Shown here one piece after another: positions 45,921 through 55,189 of a stretch of DNA of 64,000 bases. This DNA comes from Gaiellales bacterium. GTDB taxonomy: Bacteria > Actinomycetota > Thermoleophilia > Gaiellales > JAICJC01. The notes beneath the pieces are model-generated. The model had not been told where the DNA came from, made no database searches, and worked only from the letters and a program-made list of their open reading frames with translations. Position numbers and translations under genes: made by a program. The DNA lies in the NCBI GenBank assembly GCA_035473255.1, contig DATIOK010000055.1:1924-65923 (forward strand). The letters are read 5' to 3'. Position 1 is the first letter of the stretch. Each line of letters opens with the position of its first letter.

Positions 45921-47126
45921 TCATATGACGGCGATCCGGGAGAGGGGTTTGCGGTTGAACAGCTGATCCTGCGCCGCCTGCAGGGCGGTGCTGACGGCTC
46001 CGTGCAGGACGGCGTCGGCGCCCAGCTGGGTGGTGGCGAGGCGCAGGCGGAAGGGGGAGATCTCGCGGAGGCGGGCGTCGACGGGCGCCAGCAGGTCGGG
46101 GTTGCTGCCGATGCCTCCGCCCAGGATCACGAGCTCGGGGTCGAGCACGGGCGCGACGGCGGCGATCGCCAGCGCGATGCGGTCGGCCTCGCGGCGGACG
46201 ACGGCGGCGGCCTCGGCGCTGCCGCGGGCGGCCGCGGCGAACACCGACTTGGGCGAGCGGGCCGGCCGCAGGCCTGCGGAGCGGGCGTCGCGCATCACGG
46301 CCGAGGCGCCGGTCTGCTCCTCGAGCATGCCGCGGCGGCGGAAGCCGGCATCGCCGGGGTCGCCGGTACCCACCGGCATGTAGCCGATCTCGCCGGCGGC
46401 GCCGCCGGCGCCGCGGTAGAGCTCGCCGTCGATGACGATGCCCATGCCCACGCCGGTGCCGACCCACAGGAACACGAACGTGCCGACGTCGCGGCCGGCG
46501 CCGTGGGCGCGCTCGCCGAGGGCGGCCAGGTTGACGTCGTTCTCGAAGCTGACGGCGGTGCCCAGCTCGTCGCGGATGGCGCCGACCAGGCCCTGGCGGC
46601 CCCAGCCGGGCAGGTTGGGGGCGTGGGCCAGCAGGCCGCGGGAGGGATCGAGCACGCCGGAGCTGCCGACCGTGGCATGCGTCACCTGGCGCCAGCGCAG
46701 ATCGCCCTGGCTGGCCACGCCGTGTGCGATCTCGCCGATCTGGGCGACCAGCGCGCCCGAGCTGCGCGAGCGCGCACGCTCGTCGCGGCGGGCGACGATG
46801 GTGCCGGTGATGTCGGCCAGCGCCGCCCTCACCCAGTGGGCGCCGACGTCGATCCCGACCACCCAGCCCGACTCGGGGTTGAGCTCGTAGAGTACGGCGC
46901 TGGGGCCCTTGCCGCCGGTTGCGCGGCCCACCTCGTGCACGAGGCCCGCATCCACCAGGCCGCTCAGCGCGAGCGAGACGGTCGGCTTGGAGAGGCCGCT
47001 CGCGCGGGCGATCTGGGCGCGCGAGGTGGCGCCGGTGCGCCGGATCAGCTCGAGCACGCTACGCTCGTTGATGGCTCGCAGGAGACGGGGCTGGCCCGCG
47101 GCGAAACTGATCGGTTCCGTTGCCGT
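45921..47126 (-). CDS. ROK family repressor (CsnR-like); 5' end lacks a canonical start
   Basis: N-terminal LLRAINERSVLEL + HTH SRAQIARASGLSKPTVS; ENDVN, GTGVG, GEIG. The frame is open upstream of GTG 47057 to the RBS at 47131-47140. Confidence 0.9.
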   Translation of the reverse strand, partial: TATEPISFAAGQPRLLRAINERSVLELIRRTGATSRAQIARASGLSKPTVSLALSGLVDAGLVHEVGRATGGKGPSAVLYELNPESGWVVGIDVGAHWVRAALADITGTIVARRDERARSRSSGALVAQIGEIAHGVASQGDLRWRQVTHATVGSSGVLDPSRGLLAHAPNLPGWGRQGLVGAIRDELGTAVSFENDVNLAALGERAHGAGRDVGTFVFLWVGTGVGMGIVIDGELYRGAGGAAGEIGYMPVGTGDPGDAGFRRRGMLEEQTGASAVMRDARSAGLRPARSPKSVFAAAARGSAEAAAVVRREADRIALAIAAVAPVLDPELVILGGGIGSNPDLLAPVDARLREISPFRLRLATTQLGADAVLHGAVSTALQAAQDQLFNRKPLSRIAVI

Positions 47127-47152
47127 ACTGTCCCTCCTTCCGCAAGCGTATA

Positions 47153-47171
47153 GTTAGGAAACCTTACTGAC
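47153..47171. promoter_or_regulatory. CsnR-type operator (copy 1)
   Basis: GTTAGGAAA-C-CTTACTGAC between the divergent ROK and aminotransferase genes. Confidence 0.75.
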
Positions 47172-47226
47172 AGTGAGGAAAATACGCCCTGGAGCGGACG
47201 GGTGTCAAGACGTCACGGAGGTCGGG

Positions 47227-48468
47227 ATGAGCGTTCTGGCGATTAACGGCGGCACACGCGTGCGCAGCGAGCCGTATCCGGCCTGGCCGCAGGTCGACCA
47301 GCGCGACGCCGACGCCGTGGCAGACGTGGTGCTGAACGGGCAGATCGGGGGCTGGCCGGAGCCGGGCCCGCGCAACGCCGAGTTCGCGGCGCGGTTCGCC
47401 TCCTACCAGGGCGCGTCCCACGGAATCGTGATGGTGAACGGGACGGTCACGATGGAGGTGGCGCTGAAGGCGCTCGGGATCGGCTGGGGCGACGAGGTGA
47501 TCGTGCCGGCGCTGACGTTCGCCGCCACCGCCTACGCCGTGATCGCAGCGGGTGCGCTGCCCGTGATCGTGGACGTGGAACCACAGCGCTGGACGATCGA
47601 CCCCGATGCCGTCGAGGCCGCGATCACGCCGCGCACGCGCGCCATCATGCCGGTGCACCTGGGCCAGCAGATGGCCGACATGGATCGCCTGGCGGCGATC
47701 GCCGACCGGCACGGGCTCGCGATCGTCGAGGACTGCGCGCACGCGCACGGCCAGCAGTGGGGCGGCCGCGGGGCCGGATGCATCGGCGCGTTCGGTTCGT
47801 TCAGCCACCAGTCCTCGAAGACGCTGACCGCCGGCGAGGGCGGGACGCTCCTGACCGGCGACGACGACCTGGCACGGCGCGCCCACTCGATCATCGACTG
47901 CGGCCGGCCCAAGGACGCAGCCGAGCAGCAGTTCACGTTCGGCGCCAACTACCGGCTGGGCGAGCTGGCCTGCGCGCTTCTGTGCACGCAGCTCGACCGG
48001 TTCGAGGCTCAGCGGGCCGAGCGGGAGGCCGGAGCGCGGCTGTTCGAGCAGCTGGCCGATGGGCTCACCGGCGTCTCCGTCAACCCTATCCACCCGCAGA
48101 TCTCGCGCTGGGGCTTCTACCGCTACCTGTTCCGGATCGACCCGGACGCGTTCGCGGGGGCGACGTGCGAGACGGTGGCCGACGCGCTCGAGGCCGAGGG
48201 GATCGCGGCGGAGGTGCAGTATCCGCCGATGAGCCGCTACGACCTGTTCCAGCCGCAGCTGTCACGCCTGCCGGTGTGCGTGGCGCACGCGAACCGCCTG
48301 GATCCGGCCAGGATGAGCTTCCCGGTGGCCGAATCGGCCGGCGAGCGCGAGGCGGTGTACCTGAACGAGAGCGTGTTCCGGGCCGGCCGCCAGGGTGTCG
48401 AGGATGCCGTGACAGCCATCGCAAAGGTGCAACAGCACGCCCACGAGCTGACGGCCGTTCGAACGTAG
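47227..48468 (+). CDS. DegT/DnrJ/RifK-like PLP sugar aminotransferase
   Basis: PAWP, NGT, DEVIVPALTF, PVHLG, EDCAHAHG, FSHQSSK (PLP Lys), TAGEGG, NYRL; GGAGG RBS. Confidence 0.92.
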   Translation: MSVLAINGGTRVRSEPYPAWPQVDQRDADAVADVVLNGQIGGWPEPGPRNAEFAARFASYQGASHGIVMVNGTVTMEVALKALGIGWGDEVIVPALTFAATAYAVIAAGALPVIVDVEPQRWTIDPDAVEAAITPRTRAIMPVHLGQQMADMDRLAAIADRHGLAIVEDCAHAHGQQWGGRGAGCIGAFGSFSHQSSKTLTAGEGGTLLTGDDDLARRAHSIIDCGRPKDAAEQQFTFGANYRLGELACALLCTQLDRFEAQRAEREAGARLFEQLADGLTGVSVNPIHPQISRWGFYRYLFRIDPDAFAGATCETVADALEAEGIAAEVQYPPMSRYDLFQPQLSRLPVCVAHANRLDPARMSFPVAESAGEREAVYLNESVFRAGRQGVEDAVTAIAKVQQHAHELTAVRT

Positions 48469-48711
48469 CCCCCTCGCAACGGCCGGTGCCGATCCTGCCC
48501 CGAACCCTCGTCGGGGGCCGATGCGGTGTTTGACTCCAATCCGGAGCCGATCGGGGCAACCATGCGAAAACCGGGTCACGCCGGCCGTTACGTCTGTGGC
48601 GGCGCTGTCACGAGGCCATCACGAGCGCCGAGTCGGGCTCTGACCCTTTACAACTGCGAAGGTGTGACGACGTGCTCACATGGGCGTTACGGCGGCCGTG
48701 TGGAAGGGCTG

Positions 48712-49974
48712 TCAGGCGAAGAACCGCGGCAGGTGCTCGCGGTTGCCCTCGAGCAACGCGTCCAGCAGCGGCACCGCCACCCGGTAGTCCGAGGACAGCG
48801 GGTTCGCCATCAGCGCCTTCAGCGCCAGCTCGCGGTCGCCGCTGATCGCCGCCGCCACGGTCAGCCGCTCGTAGGCCTTCACCTGCTCGACCAGCCCGAG
48901 CATCTCGGGCGCCAGCGGGTCGACCGGCAGCGGCTCGGCTCCCGAGCTGCTGATCCGGCACGCCACCTCCACCACCGCGTCCGCGTCGACGTTGGGGATC
49001 GCCCCCGCGTTGCGCACGTTCACCACCTGCACGTCACCGCGGTCCGTGTACAGCGACTCCACCAGCATCGCCGCCGCCTCCGAGTAGAACGCGCCGCCCC
49101 GCTGCTCGAGCAGCTTCGGCTTCACGTCCAGCGCCGGGTCGCGGTACATCTCCAGCAGCTCTCGCTCGATCTGCATCACCTCGTCGGCCCGCGAACGCGC
49201 GCCGGCCTGCTTCTCGAGCACCTCGCCCGGCAGATAGAAGTAGCGCAGGTAGTACGAGGGGATCGACCGCGTCAGCCGCACCAGGTCACCGGGCAGATCG
49301 ACCTCCTCTCCCAGTTGGTCGGCGTACGTCTTGATCAGGTCGGGCAGCCGGTCGACGCCGTCCACCACCACCTTCCGTTCCCACGAGAGGTGGTTCAGCC
49401 CCACGTGCTCGAGCTGCACCTGGGCGGGCTCGACTCCCAGCTGCTTCGCCAGCATCCGCTGGAACCCGATCGGGATGTTGCAGAGCCCGATCGCGCGGTG
49501 GCCCGCGTCGGACAGCGCCTGCGTGACCAGCCCAGCCGGGTTCGTGAAGTCGAGCAGCCAGGCGCCCTCGGCGCCCAGCCGGGCCGTGTCCTCGGCGATC
49601 CCGAGCACCACCGGCACCGTCCGTAGCGCCTTCGCGAAGCCGCCCGGCCCGGTCGTCTCCTGGCCGATCAGCCCGAACCGGGCGGGGATCGTCTCGTCCC
49701 CCAGCCGCGCCTGCAGGCCGCCCACCCGCAGCTGCACCAGCACGAAGCTGGCACCCTCGACCGCCTGTTCGCGGTCGGTCGTCAGCGTCAGCCGCCCCGG
49801 GAACTCCAGCTTCTCGAGAATCCGCCCGGCCAGGCCGCCGACGATGTCCAGCCGCTGCTGGTCGATGTCGTGCAGCACCAGCTCGTCGACCGGCAGCACG
49901 TCGCGGCGCAGGCCGAAGCCCTCGACCAACTCCGGCGTATACGTGCTACCGCCACCGATGACTGCAACCTTCAC
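48712..49974 (-). CDS. Glycoside hydrolase family 4 (CsnH/6-phospho-beta-glucosidase-like), copy 2
   Basis: IGGGSTYTP, GQETTGPGG, FTNP, GLCN, GLNH, PSYYLRY, RGGAFYSE. Confidence 0.93.
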   Translation of the reverse strand: MKVAVIGGGSTYTPELVEGFGLRRDVLPVDELVLHDIDQQRLDIVGGLAGRILEKLEFPGRLTLTTDREQAVEGASFVLVQLRVGGLQARLGDETIPARFGLIGQETTGPGGFAKALRTVPVVLGIAEDTARLGAEGAWLLDFTNPAGLVTQALSDAGHRAIGLCNIPIGFQRMLAKQLGVEPAQVQLEHVGLNHLSWERKVVVDGVDRLPDLIKTYADQLGEEVDLPGDLVRLTRSIPSYYLRYFYLPGEVLEKQAGARSRADEVMQIERELLEMYRDPALDVKPKLLEQRGGAFYSEAAAMLVESLYTDRGDVQVVNVRNAGAIPNVDADAVVEVACRISSSGAEPLPVDPLAPEMLGLVEQVKAYERLTVAAAISGDRELALKALMANPLSSDYRVAVPLLDALLEGNREHLPRFFA

Positions 49975-50007
49975 GACGGCCTCATCCTACGGTATCCTGG
50001 CGGCGGA

Positions 50008-51039
50008 ATGAAATCGTTAGGAAAGTTTCCTGACAGATTCGTGGCCGAGATCGCGGAGCAGCCACAGGCCCTCCGCCGCGCCGGCCGAGGGCTGGTCGAA
50101 CAGTCCGAGCAGCTCGCCCGCCTGCGCCAGGCGGTCGCGTCGTCGCGCTCGATCCTGTTCACCGGCATGGGCAGCTCCTACGACGCGTGCTACCCGATCG
50201 TGACCGCCCTCGCCGGGCGGGGCCGGCCCTGCTCGATGCTGGACACCGCCGAGCTGCTGCACTTCCGGATGCCGCTGCTGGAGCCCGATTCTCTGCTGGT
50301 CTGCGTCAGCCAGTCCGGCGAGAGCGCCGAGCTCGTCCGCCTCATCGACCGGCTCACGGCCGGCGCCCGACCGACCATCGCCGCGGTCACCAACGGCTCC
50401 GCCAACACCCTCGCCGCCGATGCGGACATCGCGCTCGACACCTGCGCCGGCGAGGAGCTGGGCCCCTCCACCATGACCTTCGCCGGCGCCATGGCCGTGC
50501 TCGAGGCGGTGACCGGCGACCCTCCGCTGGAGCGCGCCGCCCTCGAGATGGAGCGCCTGCTGGCCGAACCGGACGCCGCAGCCGACCACCTCAGCGCGTG
50601 GATCGACGGCCGCCCCACGCTGGCCCTCGTCGGCCGCGGCTCGGCCCGCGCCGCCGCCGAGATGGGCGCCCTGACGCTGAAGGAGGCGGCCCGCTTCCCG
50701 GCCGAATCGATGCAGGCGGCCCAGTTCCGGCACGGCCCGCTCGAGCTGGCCGGCCCTCATCTGGCCGTGATCGTGATCGCCACCGAGCCCGGCACCCGCG
50801 CGCTGGAGCTGAAGCTGGCGGGCGAGCTGGCCGCCGCCGGCGCCGCCGTGCTCGTCGTCAGCCAGGACGGCGACTGCCCGGACGGGGCCGAGGCGATCTC
50901 GGTGGGTCCGCTCAGCGGCGGCCTGGCGGCAGCCACCGCCACCGTCCCCGCCCAGCTGCTGGCCTGGCGTCTGGCGCGCTGCCGCGGCCTCACTCCCGGC
51001 GAGTTCGCGATCGCAGGCAAGGTGACCACCCGCGAATGA
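50008..51039 (+). CDS. SIS-domain protein (GlcN-6-P deaminase/isomerase-like); start 50008 or GTG 50041
   Basis: EIAEQP, GMGSS, SQSGES, LTLKE, FRHGPLE. Confidence 0.88.
   Translation: MKSLGKFPDRFVAEIAEQPQALRRAGRGLVEQSEQLARLRQAVASSRSILFTGMGSSYDACYPIVTALAGRGRPCSMLDTAELLHFRMPLLEPDSLLVCVSQSGESAELVRLIDRLTAGARPTIAAVTNGSANTLAADADIALDTCAGEELGPSTMTFAGAMAVLEAVTGDPPLERAALEMERLLAEPDAAADHLSAWIDGRPTLALVGRGSARAAAEMGALTLKEAARFPAESMQAAQFRHGPLELAGPHLAVIVIATEPGTRALELKLAGELAAAGAAVLVVSQDGDCPDGAEAISVGPLSGGLAAATATVPAQLLAWRLARCRGLTPGEFAIAGKVTTRE
50016..50034. promoter_or_regulatory. CsnR-type operator (copy 2)
   Basis: GTTAGGAAA-G-TTTCCTGAC, contains the perfect AGGAAA-N-TTTCCT core. Confidence 0.85.
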
Positions 51040-51632
51040 GCGCACGCATCGCCCTCACCATCGACACCGAGCACCCCGACTTCCCCTGCACTCCGGGCAA
51101 CCTGCCGGCGATCCTTGACGCGCTCGGGGCCGCCGGCACGCGCGCCAGCTTCTTCATCCAGGGCCGCTGGGCGAGCTCCAACCCGGCGATGGCGCGGCGG
51201 ATCGCCGAGGACGGCCACACCATCGGCAACCACTCCAAGTCGCACGCCCCCATGGACATGCTCACCGACGCGGGCATCGTCGCCTCCCTGAGCGAGGCCG
51301 AGGAGATGATCGAGCAGGCCGGCGGCTTCAACCCGAGACCGTGGTTCCGCTGCCCGTACGGCCAGGGCCAGGACGACGTGCGCGTGCTGGCCGCCATCGA
51401 GCGGGCCGGCTACCGGCACGTCAGCTGGACGATCGACCCGTACGACTGGGAGCCCGGCCGCACCTCCGCCGACCTGATCGAGCGTGTGCTCGACGGACAT
51501 GCCCGCGAGGGTGACGGCGGCATCGCGCTCCTGCACAGCTGGCCGGACGTGACCGCCGCCGCCCTGCCCGAACTGATCGAGCGCCTGCGACGGGCCGGCG
51601 CCGACCTCGTGGGGGTGGAGCAGCTTGGCTAG
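51036..51632 (+). CDS. Polysaccharide deacetylase (CE4/NodB-like)
   Basis: LTIDT, GNHSKSH, FRCPYG, WTIDPYDW, LLH; ATGA coupling. Confidence 0.85.
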   Translation: MSARIALTIDTEHPDFPCTPGNLPAILDALGAAGTRASFFIQGRWASSNPAMARRIAEDGHTIGNHSKSHAPMDMLTDAGIVASLSEAEEMIEQAGGFNPRPWFRCPYGQGQDDVRVLAAIERAGYRHVSWTIDPYDWEPGRTSADLIERVLDGHAREGDGGIALLHSWPDVTAAALPELIERLRRAGADLVGVEQLG

Positions 51633-52638
51633 GCCGGCCGTGCTGGCCGTGGACGGCGGCAACTCGAAGCTGGATGCGGTGCTGCTCAGCCGCGGCGGAC
51701 GGGTGCTGGGAACCGCCCGCGGGCGCGGCGCCAGCTTCTCCCCCCACGACCACGACGGATCCTTCGCCCGCCTCGACGCGACGGTCGCCCGGGCCTGCCG
51801 CAGCGCCGGCATCACGCCCGGCTCCGGCCCGATCGCCGATGCCGCCGTGCTCTGCCTGGCCGGGGCCGATCTGCCGGTGGACGACCGCCGCCTGAGCCGG
51901 AGCCTGCACGCCCGCCGCTGGGCCGAGCGGGTCGTCCTGCGCAACGACACGTTCGCCGTGCTCCGCGCCGGCACCGAGCGCCCATGGGGCGTCGGCGTGG
52001 TCTGCGGCACCGGACTCAACTGCTGTGCCGTCTCCCCCACCGGCAAGATCGTCCGCTACGCCGCCATCGGCGAGATCTCCGGCGACGGCGGCGGCGGCGA
52101 CTGGATGGGCCTGCAGGCGCTGAGGGCAGCCATCCGCGGGCGCGACGGCCGCGGCCCCAGGACCTCGCTCGAGCAGTCGGTGCCGGCCCACTTCGACCTG
52201 CGCACGCCCCACCAGCTGATGGAGGCGATCTACCTGGGAACGATCGACCAGCACAGCCTCACCGAGCTGCCGCGGCTGGTGCTGTCCAGCTCGCGAGCCG
52301 GTGATGCGGCCGCCCAGGACATCGTCGACCGCCTGGCCGACGAGATCGTGGCGATGGTCGTCTCGGCCCTGCGCCGCCTGGCCATGACCCGCCGCGACAG
52401 CGACGTGGTGCTCGGCGGCGGCGTGGCACAGGGACGCGACCCGCGGCTGCTCGGGCACATCGAGCAGGGCGTGACCGCGGTCGCTCCTGACGCCCGCGTG
52501 CGGGTGTTGGACGCGCCGCCGGTGCTGGGCGCGGCCTTCCTCGGCCTTGACGAGATCGGTGCAGGGCGGCGAGCATACGCCGAGCTGCGAGCGGCGGTGA
52601 CGCACGATCGGCTGACATCACCTGGAAGGGAGCGGTAG
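51625..52638 (+). CDS. BadF/BadG-type amino-sugar kinase (CsnK-like), copy 2
   Basis: AVDGGNSK, CLAGAD, RNDTFA, CGTGLN, GDGGGG. Confidence 0.88.
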   Translation: MARPAVLAVDGGNSKLDAVLLSRGGRVLGTARGRGASFSPHDHDGSFARLDATVARACRSAGITPGSGPIADAAVLCLAGADLPVDDRRLSRSLHARRWAERVVLRNDTFAVLRAGTERPWGVGVVCGTGLNCCAVSPTGKIVRYAAIGEISGDGGGGDWMGLQALRAAIRGRDGRGPRTSLEQSVPAHFDLRTPHQLMEAIYLGTIDQHSLTELPRLVLSSSRAGDAAAQDIVDRLADEIVAMVVSALRRLAMTRRDSDVVLGGGVAQGRDPRLLGHIEQGVTAVAPDARVRVLDAPPVLGAAFLGLDEIGAGRRAYAELRAAVTHDRLTSPGRER

Positions 52639-53837
52639 TGGCGCGGATCCTGCTGGATGAGGTGACCAAGGTGTTCGGCTCCGAGGTGGTCGCGGTCGAC
52701 CACGTCAGCCTGGAGGTCGCGGACGGCGAGTTCATGGTGCTCGTAGGCCCATCCGGCTGCGGCAAGTCGACGCTGCTGCGGATCATCGCGGGCCTCGAGG
52801 AGCTATCTACCGGCGAGGTCGTGATCGGCGACAGCATCGTCACCGACATGTCCCCGCGCGACCGTGACATCGCCATGGTGTTCCAGAACTACGCGCTCTA
52901 CCCGCACATGACGGTCGAGCAGAACCTGGGTCTGGGCTTGAAGCTGCGCGGCGCGCCCAAGGCCGAGCGCAAGGCGAAGGTGGGCGAGGTGGCGCAGGTG
53001 CTGGGTCTGGACACGCTGCTCAGCCGCAAGCCGGCCCAGCTCTCGGGCGGCCAGCGGCAGCGCGTCGCGATGGGCCGCGCCATGGTGCGCGAGCCGCGGG
53101 CGTTCCTGATGGACGAGCCGCTGTCGAACCTCGACGCCAAGCTGCGCGTGCAGATGCGGGCGGAGCTGGCACGTCTCCGTGACACCCTGCACACCACCAC
53201 CATCTATGTCACCCATGACCAGGTCGAGGCGATGACGCTGGGCGACCGCGTGGCGGTGATGAAGGACGGCGTCGTCCAGCAACTCGACACGCCCCAGGCG
53301 CTCTACCGCGCGCCCGCCAACCTGTTCGTGGCAGCGTTCATCGGATCGCCGTCCATGAACCTGATCGAGGCCACCGTGCACGGCGGCGAGCTGGCCTTTG
53401 CCGAGCACCGCCTGCCGGTGCCGGACGGCGTCGACCTGCGCGCTTACGAGGGCCGCTCGCTGGTGCTGGGCCTGCGTCCGGCCGACTTCGAGGACGCCGC
53501 ACTGGGGCGCGACGAAGGCTCCCCCACCCTGCACGTGCGGGCCGACGTGGTCGAGGAGCTGGGCTCGGAGATCAACGTCATCTTCCGCATCAACATCCCT
53601 CCTGTGGCGACCGAGGCGGTGCGCGCAGCGGCGGAGCCGGACGCGGCCGACAGCACCGTGGTGCCGCTGGTGGCCGACGCCGACGAGACGATCTGCACGG
53701 CCCGCGTCAACGCCCGCTGCCCGGCGCGGGCCGGCGACGACGTGGAGCTGGCGATCGCGACCGATCGCTTCCACTTCTTCGACCTCGAGTCCGGAGAGGT
53801 GATCACCAACCGGGCGCAGCAGGCCGCAGCCGGCTAG
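52638..53837 (+). CDS. Sugar ABC ATPase (MsiK/MalK-like)
   Basis: GPSGCGKST, VFQNYALYPH, LSGGQRQR, DEPLSNLD, YVTHDQ. Confidence 0.95.
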   Translation: MARILLDEVTKVFGSEVVAVDHVSLEVADGEFMVLVGPSGCGKSTLLRIIAGLEELSTGEVVIGDSIVTDMSPRDRDIAMVFQNYALYPHMTVEQNLGLGLKLRGAPKAERKAKVGEVAQVLGLDTLLSRKPAQLSGGQRQRVAMGRAMVREPRAFLMDEPLSNLDAKLRVQMRAELARLRDTLHTTTIYVTHDQVEAMTLGDRVAVMKDGVVQQLDTPQALYRAPANLFVAAFIGSPSMNLIEATVHGGELAFAEHRLPVPDGVDLRAYEGRSLVLGLRPADFEDAALGRDEGSPTLHVRADVVEELGSEINVIFRINIPPVATEAVRAAAEPDAADSTVVPLVADADETICTARVNARCPARAGDDVELAIATDRFHFFDLESGEVITNRAQQAAAG

Positions 53838-54553
53838 GCGCTGCTGGGCTGGGCGGCCGTGAGCGGCTCGGCGTCGAAGCGGTAGCCGACGCCGTAGTGG
53901 GTGTGGATGTAGCTGTACGTGCCCGAGCGCTGGTCGAGCTTCTCGCGCAGCTTGCGCACGCACACGTCGACGGAGCGGTCGCGCGGCCGGTAGGGCGTGC
54001 CCCAGACCCGCTGCTGAAGCTGGTCTCGCGTCATCACGCGGCCCTGCCCGGATGCCAGCACCGACAGCAGCCGGAACTCGGTACGGGTCAGCTCGGCATC
54101 GCGGCCGTCGATGAGGGCGCGGTGGAGGTCCGGGTCGACGATCAGCCCCGGTACCTCCACCCGCGAGCGTCCCCCGTCGCCCGCGAACACGCCCGCCCGT
54201 CTGACCGCGGCCCTGACGCGTGCGACCAGCTCACCCATGCCGAACGGCTTGGCCAGGTAGTCATCGCCGCCGATGCCGAGCGCGTGCACCTTGTCCTGTT
54301 CGGTGCCCCGCGCGCTGACGACGATTAGCGGTATCCCGATGCCATCCGCCCGCAGCGCCTCGATCATACGCCAGCCATCCATCCCCGGCAGCATCAGATC
54401 GATGATGGCCACATCAGGCCGTTCGAACCGAAGCTTCTTCATGGCGCGGTCGCCGCGGTCCGACCACTCGACGTCCATCCCCGCGTGACGGAGATGGGTT
54501 GCCATCGCGTTCGCGATCAGCGAGTCGTCCTCGACGATCAGAACGCGGGGCAC
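53834..54553 (-). CDS. OmpR-family response regulator (no kinase adjacent)
   Basis: VEDD, IDLMLP, DDYLAKPF, LTRTEF, RSVDVCVRKLREK, GVGY. Confidence 0.93.
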   Translation of the reverse strand: MPRVLIVEDDSLIANAMATHLRHAGMDVEWSDRGDRAMKKLRFERPDVAIIDLMLPGMDGWRMIEALRADGIGIPLIVVSARGTEQDKVHALGIGGDDYLAKPFGMGELVARVRAAVRRAGVFAGDGGRSRVEVPGLIVDPDLHRALIDGRDAELTRTEFRLLSVLASGQGRVMTRDQLQQRVWGTPYRPRDRSVDVCVRKLREKLDQRSGTYSYIHTHYGVGYRFDAEPLTAAQPSSA

Positions 54554-54693
54554 GGCCTCTCCGCCTCAAACCCAGAACTGGCACGCTTCCCGATCATCGA
54601 AGACAGGATGCCCCGGCTCGGCGGGTGCATGGGTCGCGCCGCGGTGTCGATCGGGTGAAGGTTCGGTGAAGACGCATTCCACGTGAGGGGTCA

Positions 54694-54970
54694 TCTAGAT
54701 GATCGATCGATATCTCCGTGATGTCCAAGGCGCAAGGCATCGCCTTGCGCCGGTCGGGAGTGATCTGCGATCACGCAGATCACGACCGGGCGAGAACCGA
54801 GTCTCGCGCAGGTGCAAGTCTCATGCGACTTGCACCGATCATGAGCGATCTGCGATCACGCAGATCGCGGACGGAGACGACGGTTCGCAGCCGTAGCCAC
54901 CCCGGCCGCCGCTCACCTCAAACCGAACGCAGCGGCCAGGCTCGCGAGAGATATCGATCGATCATCTAGA
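54694..54970. other. 277-bp multi-hairpin element with 23-bp terminal inverted repeats (MITE, REP cluster or structured ncRNA)
   Basis: TCTAGATGATCGATCGATATCTC (54694-54716) / exact reverse complement (54948-54970), enclosing four 10-bp-stem hairpins. Confidence 0.8.
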
Positions 54971-54981
54971 CTCCGCCGGCC

Positions 54982-55185
54982 ATGAGCGCACCCACCAAAC
55001 GCGACATCGACGCCCTCTGGGGCCCGGCCACACCGCAGTTCGCCTACCAGCTGGCGGAGCGCGTGGCGGCGCTGATCAGCGACCTGCAGGCCGGCGATCC
55101 TGTACGCGAGTACGGCATGCAGCGCCTGGCTGACCTCGACCGGCTGGGTCAGGGCACCGGCAAGGGGCCCGAGCCGGCGCACTGA
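54982..55185 (+). CDS. Small hypothetical protein
   Basis: 67 aa, GC3-rich; -10 TAGACT upstream. Confidence 0.65.
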   Translation: MSAPTKRDIDALWGPATPQFAYQLAERVAALISDLQAGDPVREYGMQRLADLDRLGQGTGKGPEPAH

Positions 55186-55189
55186 TCCG

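Noticed and set aside
48469-48711. 240-bp intergenic region with short inverted matches (ACGGCCGG / CCGGCCGT)
   Set aside because: Stems are short and GC-only; not distinguishable from chance or an ordinary terminator between convergent genes
54694-54970. Possible CRISPR array
   Set aside because: Only two pairs of dissimilar hairpins, no constant repeat with unique spacers, and no cas genes
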